A DNA stretch of 56,068 nucleotides, filler included, from Sphacelaria rigidula (GCA_964200075.2; 4 parts of 4 records of this genome joined end to end with filler, not necessarily neighbours in it), one strand, 5' to 3'; positions 35,820 through 47,463 are shown, numbered from the whole stretch's first letter. The notes: a model not told the origin generated them from the letters alone. Translations and numbers: made by a program.

Positions 35820-37170
35820 GAGCACACCTCAACGCGGCGCAATTGCCGCCGGCTTATTTTCGATATCTCCTCTCTTTGTCTACTCCGGAGTATCTGACAC
35901 GCTTTTCCACTGCATCTCACGTGTCCCAACACCCCCCGCCGAGATGGCAATATCTCGACACACACAGCAGCTGCAGACACAAATCAAATTGCAATGTGTA
36001 GCTAAGACGCATAGCTATGAGCCATCCACGTTACGGCTGCGCATACCCGTGCCGTAACGAGAAATGTTGACGTATAGTAAGGTCAATCTTTTACAATTTA
36101 CACACGATCTCGGGAACTGATTGGTCTAAAATTGATGTTTAACGATGGCTATTAGCAATTACAGCCTGCCTCTTGAGTTTCGGCTACCCGTCATTTGTGC
36201 AGCGCAAGTTATCTGCGATCGCGTGTCGATAGGCCATATTGGAAAATGGCTTTTGGGCTTGTACAGATTTCCGTGACTTTTTTTCCAGTCATCCGTCGAT
36301 CGTGCGTGTGCTGTACTGAGTGGATCTGAACCGGAGTTCAACAGAGGGGTTGCATAGGATATGTACTACAACTGTAGTTCGCTTTAGATCCGATATAACC
36401 TTCTGTACACTTCTTAGACTCCGTCGCATCTTCATTTTGGGGGTGGTGGTGAAGAACGTGACACTAAACTGGGCGTAACACTGTGACACCAAACACCACA
36501 GGGTATGACTCTAGCAGCTAGAGTCATACCATTTGGTGCACGCACGGCCCTGACGTTTTTTTCTTCATCTAGCATTCGTATGGGAGAAAAACGTACATAC
36601 CCTATGCTACAGTAATACCCTTTGCCTGACACATAACACATATTAGCAAGCCTAAAGTCCTGCCTGACACATAACAAATATCAGCAAGCGTAAAGTCCAC
36701 GGACATGTGTCCGTCTCTGTACAAGCCAAAATGTCATCTTTCAATTTGGCGTCCGTTATGCGATCGAAGATCACTGACACCTGACACATATCAGTCAGCC
36801 GAAAGTCTACAGGCAGGTCCGACTAGCTACAACCCATCGTTCAAGACCAAGAGTGCACCGAACAACGATCGAAATACTTTAATATTCGCAGCATATGCCC
36901 TTCACTTTACCTCGAAATTTTTATCCGCAGCACGGACCTGCGCAGGTGAAACCCAGAGGACTGGTAGGTTTCATCTTAGCTACACGTAGCAACTTGATCT
37001 GTCTATGGAGTCGTCGTGTGTATCGAGATACTGTTGTGTGTGTGGAGATACTGCCACCCGGGTGGGAAGATTCAAAACATGTGAGATGCGGTGTCACAGC
37101 GCATCAAATCATATGAGTAGGTGATATCCAAAATGAGCAGACGGTAATGGCACCGTGTTCGGTTGTTTTT
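35820..37170. mobile_element. Old foldback/TIR element with ~450-bp diverged inverted arms
   Basis: ~35820-36270 versus ~36710-37170 (e.g. tgtgtagctaagacg / catcttagctacacg; ggcttgtacaga / tctgtacaagcc). A ~38-bp tandem repeat lies at 36622-36698. Confidence 0.6.
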
Positions 37171-37883
37171 TTATTGTTGGAGATATCTTCTCACGTAGCC
37201 ATGCATGCAATGTTCGAATGATTCAGATACCTAGTAAGGCTGGATCTCCGTAGAACCGGGGTCGGGGAGACGTACGAGTACCGACAGTCAAGTATGTGCA
37301 AATGTGGTACAGTACAGTTGAGAGCAGCGGGGCTGCCCGCCCCCCTTGTTCATTCTCATTTCATCTACCTCCATCACATCAGCACTCTCCCAAGTTTGAG
37401 TAGAACTTGGGTGCTCTTCAATGAAAGATCTGAAACCATTACCCTGTGCCTGAGCCAAGGAATATGCAAACATCAATGTTGCTTGGCAGTAGGAGATATG
37501 CCATAAAGATGAGCATGCCTTTGCCGCTGGGGTGCCGCGTAAAGCGTGCGTAGGGGATCGACGCGCAAGGTATAACGCACACACGTGAAGATACTGCCGA
37601 CTCCTTGTGTGTCCTCAGCGAAACCATTACCTTCCGGAATCGAAAGGGTGCTAATGCAAAAATGGCATTGATATATGATTCGGGGGACAGGTGGTCACAT
37701 CGACCGTCCGGTTCGGTGCAGCGGTTCAGTATGAAGCATGCTAAGGAAAGAGCCACAAAGAACATCGTCCCACGTTTTTCTCCCAGCGCTCAGCACATTG
37801 GCCATACCAACGGTCCCTGGCAACTCTCGCTGTCAGAACGCAATCGATACCACCCAACGAACGTAGAGGGTCATGAAAACAGT

Positions 37884-38088
37884 TGTAATGCGTGAGAGGA
37901 CCGCGTGTATAGAGGACCGCGCCGTAGTTCAAAACACCTCGGGATCGACGTTTTTCAAAACCAATCGGGCCAGTCCCTGCAGGTACTACGCCCCTGACCA
38001 TAACCATAACCCTAACCCTAACCCTAACCATAAGGATGTTCAAATTCCGATGCGGTCCTCCAAGCACGCGGTCCTCTCACGTGTTACA
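37884..38088 (-). mobile_element. Mini DNA transposon with TGT...ACA ends, 4-bp TSD (CAGT) and internal telomeric repeats (copy 2)
   Basis: CAGT|TGTAATGCGTGAGAGGACCGCGTG ... CACGCGGTCCTCTCACGTGTTACA|CAGT, with (CCCTAA)3 inside. It is an inverted homologue of 28211-28421. Confidence 0.88.
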
Positions 38089-38399
38089 CAGTGCCGATGT
38101 CCAGACTCAATCCTGCAGCTTCGAAGTTCTACCCTAGATCTGGAACGATATTGCATTCTGCAGCTGCAGCGTTTTCCCTGGCGTTGAGACACTGTCGGGG
38201 AAACTAGATCGATGAAGATGAGGCACGTGTGAGTACGTACCAGATTCGGCGGACTGGAGATAGCAGCCGACGCGGGATGGGAAGGCTGCACCCTCCCCGC
38301 GAGATCAACGAGCAAGGCAAGTACCGTGATAGACGTGCCAAACAAAAAATCGGGACAGAAAAAAGCTTGCCTGTTAAGTTAGAAGGCGAAACAGACCAA

Positions 38400-41300
38400 G
38401 AAGGAGAGAAGAGCAAAGAGGAAGGCGCGTGAGTATTGAGAAGGCTTGAGCTAAGTCGCGTAGTGGGGAGCTCAAAGTCGCGACCTATAACGTCCGTACA
38501 CTATCCCTCATGGGAAAGAACGAAGTTGGCCATGCTGAAGTGGTCCTGCAAAAATGTCAGGCAGGGAAATGTGACGTCGTCGGACTACAGGAAACGAGAA
38601 AGCCAGGTCTTCTGTTGCGGGGCGGAGGGGAGTAAGGAAGGGGCTGGTCAACATGGGGTTGGGATTGGAGGTCCAGGAGTCGATGATCAGCAAGGCGACG
38701 TGGACTCAGGCACTCATCAGCGGACGCCTCATGTCGATGACTTTCAACCTCGTGGGTAAATCAAATGCTGGTACGGTTGTAGTTGCATAAGCCCCTACAC
38801 ACACTCCACAGTCATGAGAAGAGATAGATGTGTGCTGGATTGAGTTAGACAGCAGTGTGAACCGTATCCCCCCCAAACATCACCTGTTTATTTCATGTAC
38901 GCTAACGCCAGGACTGGGGTACGAACAGGCGAAGAGGAATGTAAAATTGTGGGGGCATACGACCGGTACTCCCGTTTCAACGACAGTATCGGCTCACATC
39001 TACTGCGATTTGCAGGCGACAACAGGCTTGCCCTGGTCAACACGTTCTTTTTCACCCTCAAGGGAAATACCTCGCGTACGTTCAACGGTATTGCGAATAG
39101 CTGCGCGGACAAAACCGCATTGGCTACATCATCACACGGTAAGATTACCTCAGGCTTGTTCGCAATGCCACCGTCCACCTTCAACTCCACGACTCACCGA
39201 ACTCTGATCACAACATCGTGTGCACGTCAGTGCGGCTCCTTGGTCGCTTCGCACACAACAGACTTCGACGAATCCCAATTGGGCGTACATTGATTGACAG
39301 ACGGGCAATAGTATCTAACCCCGACAGACGTGAGAAACTCACCCTGCTCATCATCAGCGAGCTCGAACAGAGCATGCCTGGCGACACAGTTCGTTCAGTG
39401 GCTACGAACTTTGCCGACGTACTCTTGAGTGCCGCTGAAAAAGTGGTACCCCGTCTGACCCGAAAGCCGCGTACACCGGGGTACTTCGAGGGTGCCGCCA
39501 TCCGACAGGAGTCTAAACAGGCCTGGAAGGAAAGGGAGAGGGTGAGATCAACAGTGCGACTGGGATCGTCCCGAGGTAAACTTGCTGGCGCACATTGCGA
39601 GCGGCGTGCAAAAAGGCGAAAGAGGCGATCCAAGGTGGGGTGGATAAATAAATGGATGTATGTGTGCTAAAAAACTAGATGAACACACTCGAGCGGGGGA
39701 CATGAGAGGATGGTACAGGCATCTCAACGGAGTATGGAGACTATCTGCACGACGAATGGAGATTGAGCAGTACATTCGAGATGAGGACGGCCAAATACTG
39801 AGGGACAAAGGTTTCATCAGTGGGAGATGGGAACGGTACCTCTTTACATTGCTGAACCCCATATAGGCAACTATCGACCGAGCCGTCATCGAGAAGATTG
39901 CACAACGACCAACAGCGATGTCACTAGGAGGCCCACCAAGCCCAAGTGAAACTGAATGTGCTCTGAGAGCTATGTCGAGCGGCAAAGCGACGGGTTAGGA
40001 TGGTCTACCTACTGAAATCCTGAAGCTCATACTAAGCGGGGAGGCGTCGGACATCTGTACCACTTTCACACCATCGTCTCTGCGGTTTGGACATCTGGCG
40101 AGGTGCCGCAGGAATGCAAAGATGTCATTATCAAAGTGCTGCACAGAAAAGCAAGATAGGACCGAGTGTGGTTACCACAGAGGCATTGCACTTGTGGCAC
40201 ATACTGCTAAACTTCTCCTCAAAATCGTAGCTAACAAACTCAGTAATTTCTGTGAGGAAGCAGATGTCTTACCGGAACAGCAGTGTGGATTGAGACGCCA
40301 AAGATCAACCACAGACATGATATTCTTGTACGCCGACTTCAGTACTTGAGATGGGCGAGCAACGTCTCAATCACCATGTGCTTTGTCGATGTGCAGAACG
40401 CCTACGATTCCGTAAACCCCACGCTCCTGTGGGAAGTACTTGCTCGGTTCGGAGCCCTGTCGCGAATGATCACGATCATCCGTATGTTTCACGACGGCAT
40501 GCGAGATCGGGTATAGCTAGATAGTGGCGGATTATCAGCGTGGCTCCACGTCTGCCAGGGATTCAGACAGGGTTGCGTTTCGTCTCCGCTGTTGTTCAAC
40601 ACCTTTGGAGCAGCCTTGGTGGAAGTGATCGTCCAGCGGTTTGCGGCGGATCCAGTCATTGTCTCAGACTTGGTCGTTTTAGATGATGCACCAGAACGTG
40701 ACGGTGGTGAACCCGTGGAAGAGACGCCGCTGGAAAAGGTGCGACGTGCGGTGTGGGCATTGCTTTATGCGTACGACACCGGCACAGTCTCGAGGACGCC
40801 AGAAGGCCTTGCTTGAATGATGGCCATGATAGTGATGACCTGCCAGGAATTCGCCCTTATGGTCTCCGAGAGCAAGACAGAGTCCATGCACCTTTGGTCA
40901 GTACCCAGTCCAATGGAGACCGCCCTGGATATCAAAGCTGCCGGTCAACGGTATAACCAGACGGGGATGTTCATCTACCTTGGTGGTGCTATCAGCGCGG
41001 ATGCGAAATTCTTCGTTGAAATAAATCGCCGTATCAGCGCGGTGTGGGCGCGTATCCGAAAATATATCTCCGAGCTCTACGACCGACCCAACACCGAGCT
41101 ATCCTTGAAAGCTCGACGGCGTAAAGCGGAGGTGGTAGAAGCTATGTTGTATGGATGTGCCACATGGACGCTACGTTCTTAGAACTTCGACCTTGTGCGG
41201 ACTGCCCATCACAAGCTCTTGCTGCGAGTGACGGATTCCGCAGGAAAAATCGAAATGGCTTCAAGACTCTTGCGTACAGAGCGGTGATCAAGATGACCAA

Positions 41301-42027
41301 CTGCGAACATATCGAGATGACTATCCGCAAACCTCAACTCTGGTTTGCTGGAGCCCTTGTCCGGTAGACGGAAACACGCCTTCCTAAGCGTGTCATGAGC
41401 GGCCGGCTCACCACACGAGGGCCCAAGGAGGCCGGCCGCCCCCCCAAGCAATGGGAGGAAACCCTCCAGGAAAACACACGCGCACTAGGGGCTGTCCCGC
41501 ACAAAATAGCACGACGGAAGTAATTCGTCCACGGTGTAAAGGTTCACGATGCATACGATTGGTTCACTGCGGCAAAGAACATGGGTAAATGGCATTTGGG
41601 AAAAGGTCGAAAAAGGAGGGGAAGACTTTGAAGACACGCGGCGACGCGCGGAATAACGAGAATCAGACCGCCGTCACAAACGAGAGGCTGCTGCGTCGAG
41701 GGCCGCCACTCGATCCTCCCACTCATGGCGGTTGTTGATTATGTCCGTAGTCGGTGGCTCTGCGGTGCCCCCTGGTGTGTGTCTGTATCTACTCTGCTTC
41801 CCTGAATCCCTTGGGCTACCCTTTTTTTATGTCTTTTCTATTCATTTTTTGTTTTTACTTCATTTTTTGCGCTTTTCGTTCCTCTTTTCCCTTTCTTTGT
41901 TTCAGATCGGCCATTTCTCTCTTTGCTTTGCTTTTGTTGACTGTTTATTCTATGTTTTTCACGTCTTAGTCTACTATGTCGTTCTGTTCGACTTTTCCCT
42001 GTTCCTTCTCTTTCTTCAGCGAGTGTT
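38400..42027 (+). mobile_element. RTE-clade non-LTR retrotransposon (APE endonuclease + reverse transcriptase), pseudogenised
   Basis: APE motifs ELKVATYNVRTL, VVGLQETR, GQHGVG, ANARTG and LVNTFF. RT motifs HRGIAL, LPEQQCGLR...RSTTDMIF, CFVDVQNAYDSV, RQGCVSSPLLFN, LLYAYD and FIYLG. Many stops and frameshifts. The T-rich 3' UTR is cut by the contig end. Confidence 0.93.
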
Positions 42028-42127
42028 NNNNNNNNNNNNNNNNNNNNNNNNNNNNNNNNNNNNNNNNNNNNTTAATTAATTAANNNNNNNNNNNNNNNNN
42101 NNNNNNNNNNNNNNNNNNNNNNNNNNN
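42028..42127. other. Artificial contig linker (N44-TTAATTAATTAA-N44)
   Basis: Same 100-bp spacer, with TTAATTAATTAA at 42072-42083. Confidence 0.97.
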
Positions 42128-42293
42128 ATGAGATAAGGGGCTCCTAACAATTCCAACCTCAGAAAATATTCATGTACCCCTACCGTAGCATCACTCGGAA
42201 AACAACAAGCAAAAAGAAAAACATCGTTCGTGGATGATATAGTTCTCTCTCCCATCAACTTTTTCCCCGCAACGAGCACAATGGAAATTGCAC

Positions 42294-42428
42294 CTGCCGT
42301 CTGTGGAAACCCAGACATCGTTCAGCTTCTCTCGGCCGTTGGAGCCGCCCAGCAGGTACATTGCGCCGTTGGCCGCGATCACCGAGTGGAACATTCGCCC
42401 TCCCCAGGGCGCGTCGTCGCACATTTTC
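42294..42428 (-). CDS. Kelch-repeat protein, exon (partial gene)
   Basis: AG|exon|GT, phase 2/2: KMCDDAPWGGRMFHSVIAANGAMYLLGGSNGREKLNDVWVSTDG. Confidence 0.88.
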
Positions 42429-43165
42429 CTGTCTCGTGTCAAAACGTGAGATTCCAAAATGGGGCGGGCAGCTCCCGTTGGTTTATCGATTGGTGAATTT
42501 ATTGTCTCGCATACTGACGCGTCTGCTGCCAACCCGGCAGTGATCACGGGAGATAGACGCCCGTGTTCAAACTAAATATAAACACTACAACAACAATAAA
42601 AAAAGGAAGTAAAAAAAAATGCTCGTTGAAACAAACTCTCGAATACTTGAAAGAGGAGGAACAAAAAGCAGATACACGAGTGTACACAATATGTTACGAG
42701 AGTGCGAGAGAGAAGAAAAGAACAAAGAAGAAACGTGCAAGTCAAGAGAAAATCGAGAGCTTCGTGGACGAGTGGCGGCAGCGTGCGAGGGGTATGGACG
42801 CCCCCCGTAGAAAAAAAAATGTAAAGTTTGATGACGTGCAAAAAGACAGGGTACCCTACGAGCTAAACCGTTTTTTTTTCTTTTTTGTCACACTTTCATT
42901 CTTACCCCTCCCCGTCCTCGGGACGAATCCGTGGTGTCAAGGGATCACCCCACCTCGAAGTTGACGATCTCAACTCGCTGCTAGAGGACACTTTTCAGAC
43001 TCACGCAATCATACGAGCCAGAGAACAACCTGACAAGGGCCGAACGAATAATGATTCGTCTGAGCATCTATCATCTTCAATGCGACTGATTCGTACCGTA
43101 CGAATCAATCCTTGGGCTTCGTTTTCAGTATTTCGCCCCAGGCACGTGGAATAGCGCAAAAAAAT

Positions 43166-43397
43166 CAGGGCTCTTTATGTTACACGTCACAGAGTTCATT
43201 ACACGTCACAACCTAACGTTACACGTCACAACCTAACGTTACACGCGGAAACCTGTGTAAAGTCAAGTCAAATCAAATCAAGCGTCAGGCCTGGCTAGTA
43301 CGACGGTGGGGGACGGCGTAGGCCCCCACCGTAGTACTAACCTGGCTCAACTTGTGACGTGTGACGAACGTTGTGACGTGTAACGTAAAGAGCCCTG
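43166..43397. mobile_element. hAT-type MITE with 8-bp TSD
   Basis: AAAAAAAT|CAGGGCTCTTTATGTTACACGTCACA ... TGTGACGTGTAACGTAAAGAGCCCTG|AAAAAAAT, with subterminal TTACACGTCACA repeats. Confidence 0.88.
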
Positions 43398-43535
43398 AAA
43401 AAAATGCGGAGATACTTATTTCGGACCCGCGGTCAACGTGTTTCTCTCTTTCGAGCAATCCAGCCCCATGAATCGTAGATTTGGTTATTCGAAGCAGCGA
43501 TAATTTGTCCGAGCCTTGCAACCTCCGTCACTCAC

Positions 43536-43678
43536 TGCCATCGAATCCCGTCCACCGACCGCCACGTGTCGCCAAGGCATCCGTGTCCTTCCGTCCACCC
43601 CCCGACGATATAAATGTGTCCCTGGTAGCTGAGGGCGGCGTGCTGCCACCTCCCTCGCCACGCTGCGTGTCGACACAC
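43536..43678 (-). CDS. Kelch-repeat protein, exon (partial gene)
   Basis: AG|exon|GT, phase 0/2: VCRHAAWRGRWQHAALSYQGHIYIVGGWTEGHGCLGDTWRSVDGIRWQ. Confidence 0.88.
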
Positions 43679-43946
43679 CTGGTAGACAAGGGTACAACAA
43701 GATAATAGTGGATTGTCAAGGCCATTCACCTGACCGTCGTTTCTGGGAGGGGGGGGGTGTACTCATGATCTTGCATGCCGTACTCATGAAGCCTATTGAC
43801 CTCGCATCCTACAAGGGCGGGACGGAACACGCCGGGTTTTCCCCGAACCAGGCTCGCAGTCACCGAACGCGAAGCGCAGTGATGTGTTCGACGAGTCGCA
43901 TGAAGGGCGAGCTGCATCCTGCTAAGATTGTTCGGCCCAAAGCATA

Positions 43947-44727
43947 CTTTCTCTGTCCCACAAGATAAGCCCGTTTGAAAAATCCCATTGGATAAGCCCG
44001 TGGTAAGATATTGCGATTATGTACCCAATACAGTCGTTTTCGACGTACGGACTTCCAACATGTCTCCAACACATGGTTGCCATCATGTAATATATATATA
44101 TATATATATCGCCCCTGGGGATTACATATGTTATCATCCCCTGCGTGCAAATCACAAAGTGGGCGGATGTAGTGAGATTTTCCAAAGGAGAGCCAGAGTT
44201 TTTTCAGAACTTTGGCTCAATGTGCAATACGGGGGATACAAAGAACTTTTTTTAGGCTCAGACCCGTGTGGAAGTGTGTTTCGAGGTGTTGGGGACATGT
44301 GTGAGAATAAGAAGACCCTCCAGACCCGGGGACAACATCATGTTGTCCCCGGGATTGGGGCGTATACCCCCGAATCCAGTGTGTACGGACTGCTGCGTGC
44401 TCAAATAGTGCTGTGGTGGCGGCAGACTGAAAAATGACGGTTTCGAGCGATTGTCTGAAACGCCTCGGGAACCATGAAAAAAAAAAATCTCCGAACATCG
44501 ATGGGAGGGCTGTCAACCGGGAGATTCCGGTTTGTGAACAACCACCCCCCTCTGATCGCCGTGAGTGTAGCTGCTTATCTATTGGGGGCTCGGCAAAATC
44601 CCTGGTTTCGAGTTCTGCTCCAGAACTTCACAAGAACGACAAAAAAAAACGCTCGGGATAAGCCGAAAATACCCACGATAAATGCGGCAAAACCTCCAAA
44701 CGGGCTTATCGTTTGGGACAGAGGAAG
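43947..44727. mobile_element. Stowaway/mariner-like non-autonomous element with TA TSD
   Basis: TA|CTTTCTCTGTCCCACAAGATAAGCCCGTTT ... AAACGGGCTTATCGTTTGGGACAGAGGAAG|TA. The empty site with a single TA is visible at ~48321. Confidence 0.88.
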
Positions 44728-45019
44728 TACTAATTATCTTGCATATGGATGACAGCCTCCAATGAGTTTTCTGTTACTAGCCTTTCGATAGACAGTCACG
44801 GTTTACACACTGCCTCATGGGTGTCTCACCGTATAAAAACCACGTATCACGATCACCTCCTCTGCACGGAGTTCGGGTTCTCAAAAAATAACCGCTGACC
44901 GAAAAAAACACGCATGCGTGCGTGTGACGTACTTCGGCAGAGCCCATCATCTCTGCACTTCCGAAACCACCGAAGGTAGACCCACCGAAACGGTGCAGCA
45001 TGTCAGAAGCCTTTTGTCA

Positions 45020-45200
45020 GTGTTTGATGGATTGATTGTAACACTTTAACTGACCCCCCAGGGATCCAGCCGTGGTCGCATGATGATAGACGTACCCAAG
45101 ACATGGTAAAACTGGAACACTCCCTGAAGAGAAAGAAAGAAAAAAAAAAAAAGTAGAGCAGAACGACGTAGTAGACTAAGACATACAAGAAAAGAAATCA
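45020..45200 (-). mobile_element. 5'-truncated RTE LINE 3' end
   Basis: The reverse complement matches 41960-42027 (gtcttagtctacta-gtcgttctg) and ends in a CAAT-type tail. Confidence 0.72.
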
Positions 45201-46280
45201 AATAATGTTTCACGTGCCGTTTCAGAAGGAAAAAAATGCCGGTTGGGTCATGCCACGGTAGGGGTTGCTCATCCCGGCCCGGCTGTTTTCCATTGAGAGG
45301 CTCCCGAAGTAAGGAACTCACACGAGAACATGAATCAGGACATGCCCATTCAAAAATCCATCGGAAATATCACTAGCCCATTGAAAGGAATGCTTATCAT
45401 GGCGAGAGCCCTCACACATCTCGGGAGTCGGGTTTTCTTTCGGAGACGTGAAAGTCCCCCCAAAACATTTAAACCCCATCAGCATTACGTGCGAGAGTCG
45501 GGTCATTGTTTTTTGTTTCATGTGGTCATGATAATTGTGACCTGTCGGAAAACCTACGTTCAGGTCTGGGTTCGGGTCCGGAGTGTTGCTACGGTAGGGA
45601 GGGGAAGGGGTGGGGGGGGTGGGGGGGGGGGTACTCATGATCATGCATGTCAGAGTCATAAGACCATTGACCTTGCATGCTACGGTGGGGGTGCAAAAAT
45701 ATTTTTTCCGGGGGTTGAATTGTTAGGAGCCCTCTGTCTCATCTAAAAAACGGCTTGCAGAGTATATGAGAGCACACCCTCACTACCATTCTTATGGGCT
45801 AGGGACATATCCCAGATGAATAAAAAAAACGGGAATGTCCTGACGCATATCCTTGTAGAGCTAGCTCCCAACTTCAGAAGCCCCTGAATGAGAAAGATTT
45901 TGGCCCAAATGTGCAACATTTACCGTAGCATGTCTTTCCGGAAAAAATCATGTTCTGGTTCGGGAATTCTTTCATATATCAGACAGTTTACCCGTGGCCC
46001 GGCAGAACCCCGCATATATTCTTCCCACTTCGGCACTGGCTCTGTGGTCCTTTTTAAAGGAGGAAAAAATATTTGTCCGGAAATAAGTTGCTTTCAGGCG
46101 GTGTCTTCGCACATTAGTTTTCGATCGAAATTGTGCGGTGGAAAATAACAATCACGGCCTTGGTGTAATTGATTCATGAGGTACGAACCAATTTTGGGCT
46201 ATGTTTTCAGGGTTGTACCTCCAGGTACCCCCACCCCAGGCACGTGGAATAGCGCAAAAAGTGCGTCGAGACTTAGAGTG

Positions 46281-46530
46281 ATGCTACGGTAGGGGTACAG
46301 AAATATTTTCTGAGGTTGGAATTGTTAGGAGCCCCTCATCTCATGCAAAACACGACTGATTATGAGAATATGTGAGAGTACGCCAGGATTACTATTCCAA
46401 TGTGCTGGGGATATCCCGAAAAGATCTGCAAACGGGGATGCCCTGGCCCATATTCTCGTGCGTCTAAAATCGTTAGGAGCCCCTGAACCAGACTAAATTT
46501 CGCGAAAAAAGTGCACCCCTACCGTAGCAT
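46281..46530. mobile_element. MITE with ATGCTACGGTAGGGGT TIRs
   Basis: TIRs at both ends. A second copy is at 45677-45931 and a partial copy at 42128-42191. Confidence 0.8.
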
Positions 46531-46994
46531 TGCTCCTTACTTGACCCACGGTCAACGTTTATATTATACTTGTACCGCCCTTCTCTATACTATATTAGCA
46601 TATAAAGCGCAGGTATCTGCATTTCAAGTATAACCTTAGTTTTTTTCATCTCTTTGGAGCAATCAAGCTTCAAAATTCGTAGATGTGGTGATTCGAGCCA
46701 GCGGTGATTCGCCTGACCTTTGCGCTATTTGCCCGGCTCAACTATGATCATGTAAGAGTAAGATTTTCACTCTGGATGTCCGGTTGGAACATGGTCAGTC
46801 GAAAGCTATGCCGTTCTTCTTTTTTCTTCATTGTCAAAGATGGTAGTAGTACGAGATCTTCACTTACACATATGCGAAAAGCCTCGAAAAAATAGTGAAA
46901 ACGCACATGCGCACACAAAGCACTGGGATCCTCCCTACCTGATGTGCTACGGAGTTCTATATTCGAGGGGGGGAAAATCCGGGATCGGTACCTG

Positions 46995-47463
46995 AGACCA
47001 ACTGTTGTGGCCACCAATCTCGATTTTCACAAATATGAGGATTTCAGTCCGTCTTCAGGCGATTTTCTCCCGTGAATTGATTTTTCGGACCCCAGTCCGT
47101 TGGGCAATGTTTTTCGACTAATTGTGAGCAAACCAGATCAATTTTCCGATTCTCTGGACGTTTACTTTTGGTCAACCACCTTTCTGCTCAAATCGGGACA
47201 CCCCCATATCTCCCCCGATAAAAAAAAGATCGGGGAAAGATCGGGGGAGATGAAGGAGTCTCCCGATTTGAGCAGAAAGGTGGTGTACCAAAAGTAAACG
47301 CTCAGAGAATCGGAGAATTGATTTGGTTTGCTCACAACTAACCGAAACCATCGCCCAACAGACTGGGGGCCGAAAAATCAATGCACGGGAGAAAATCGCC
47401 TGTAGACTGGCCGAAATCCTCATACTTGCAAAAATCGAGATTGGTTGCCATAAAAGTTGGTCT
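46995..47463. mobile_element. Foldback element, ~225-bp inverted arms
   Basis: 46995-47220 versus 47240-47463 are reverse complements (e.g. accacctttctgctcaaatcggga / tcccgatttgagcagaaaggtggt) with a ~20-bp loop. Confidence 0.88.

Noticed and set aside
28211-38088. Composite transposon or telomere-capped linear element formed by the two inverted TTAGGG elements around the nuclease ORF
   Set aside because: Each copy has its own pair of TIRs, copy 2 has its own CAGT TSD, and the outer flanks (CGCG, CAGT) do not match. Independent insertions are the simpler explanation.
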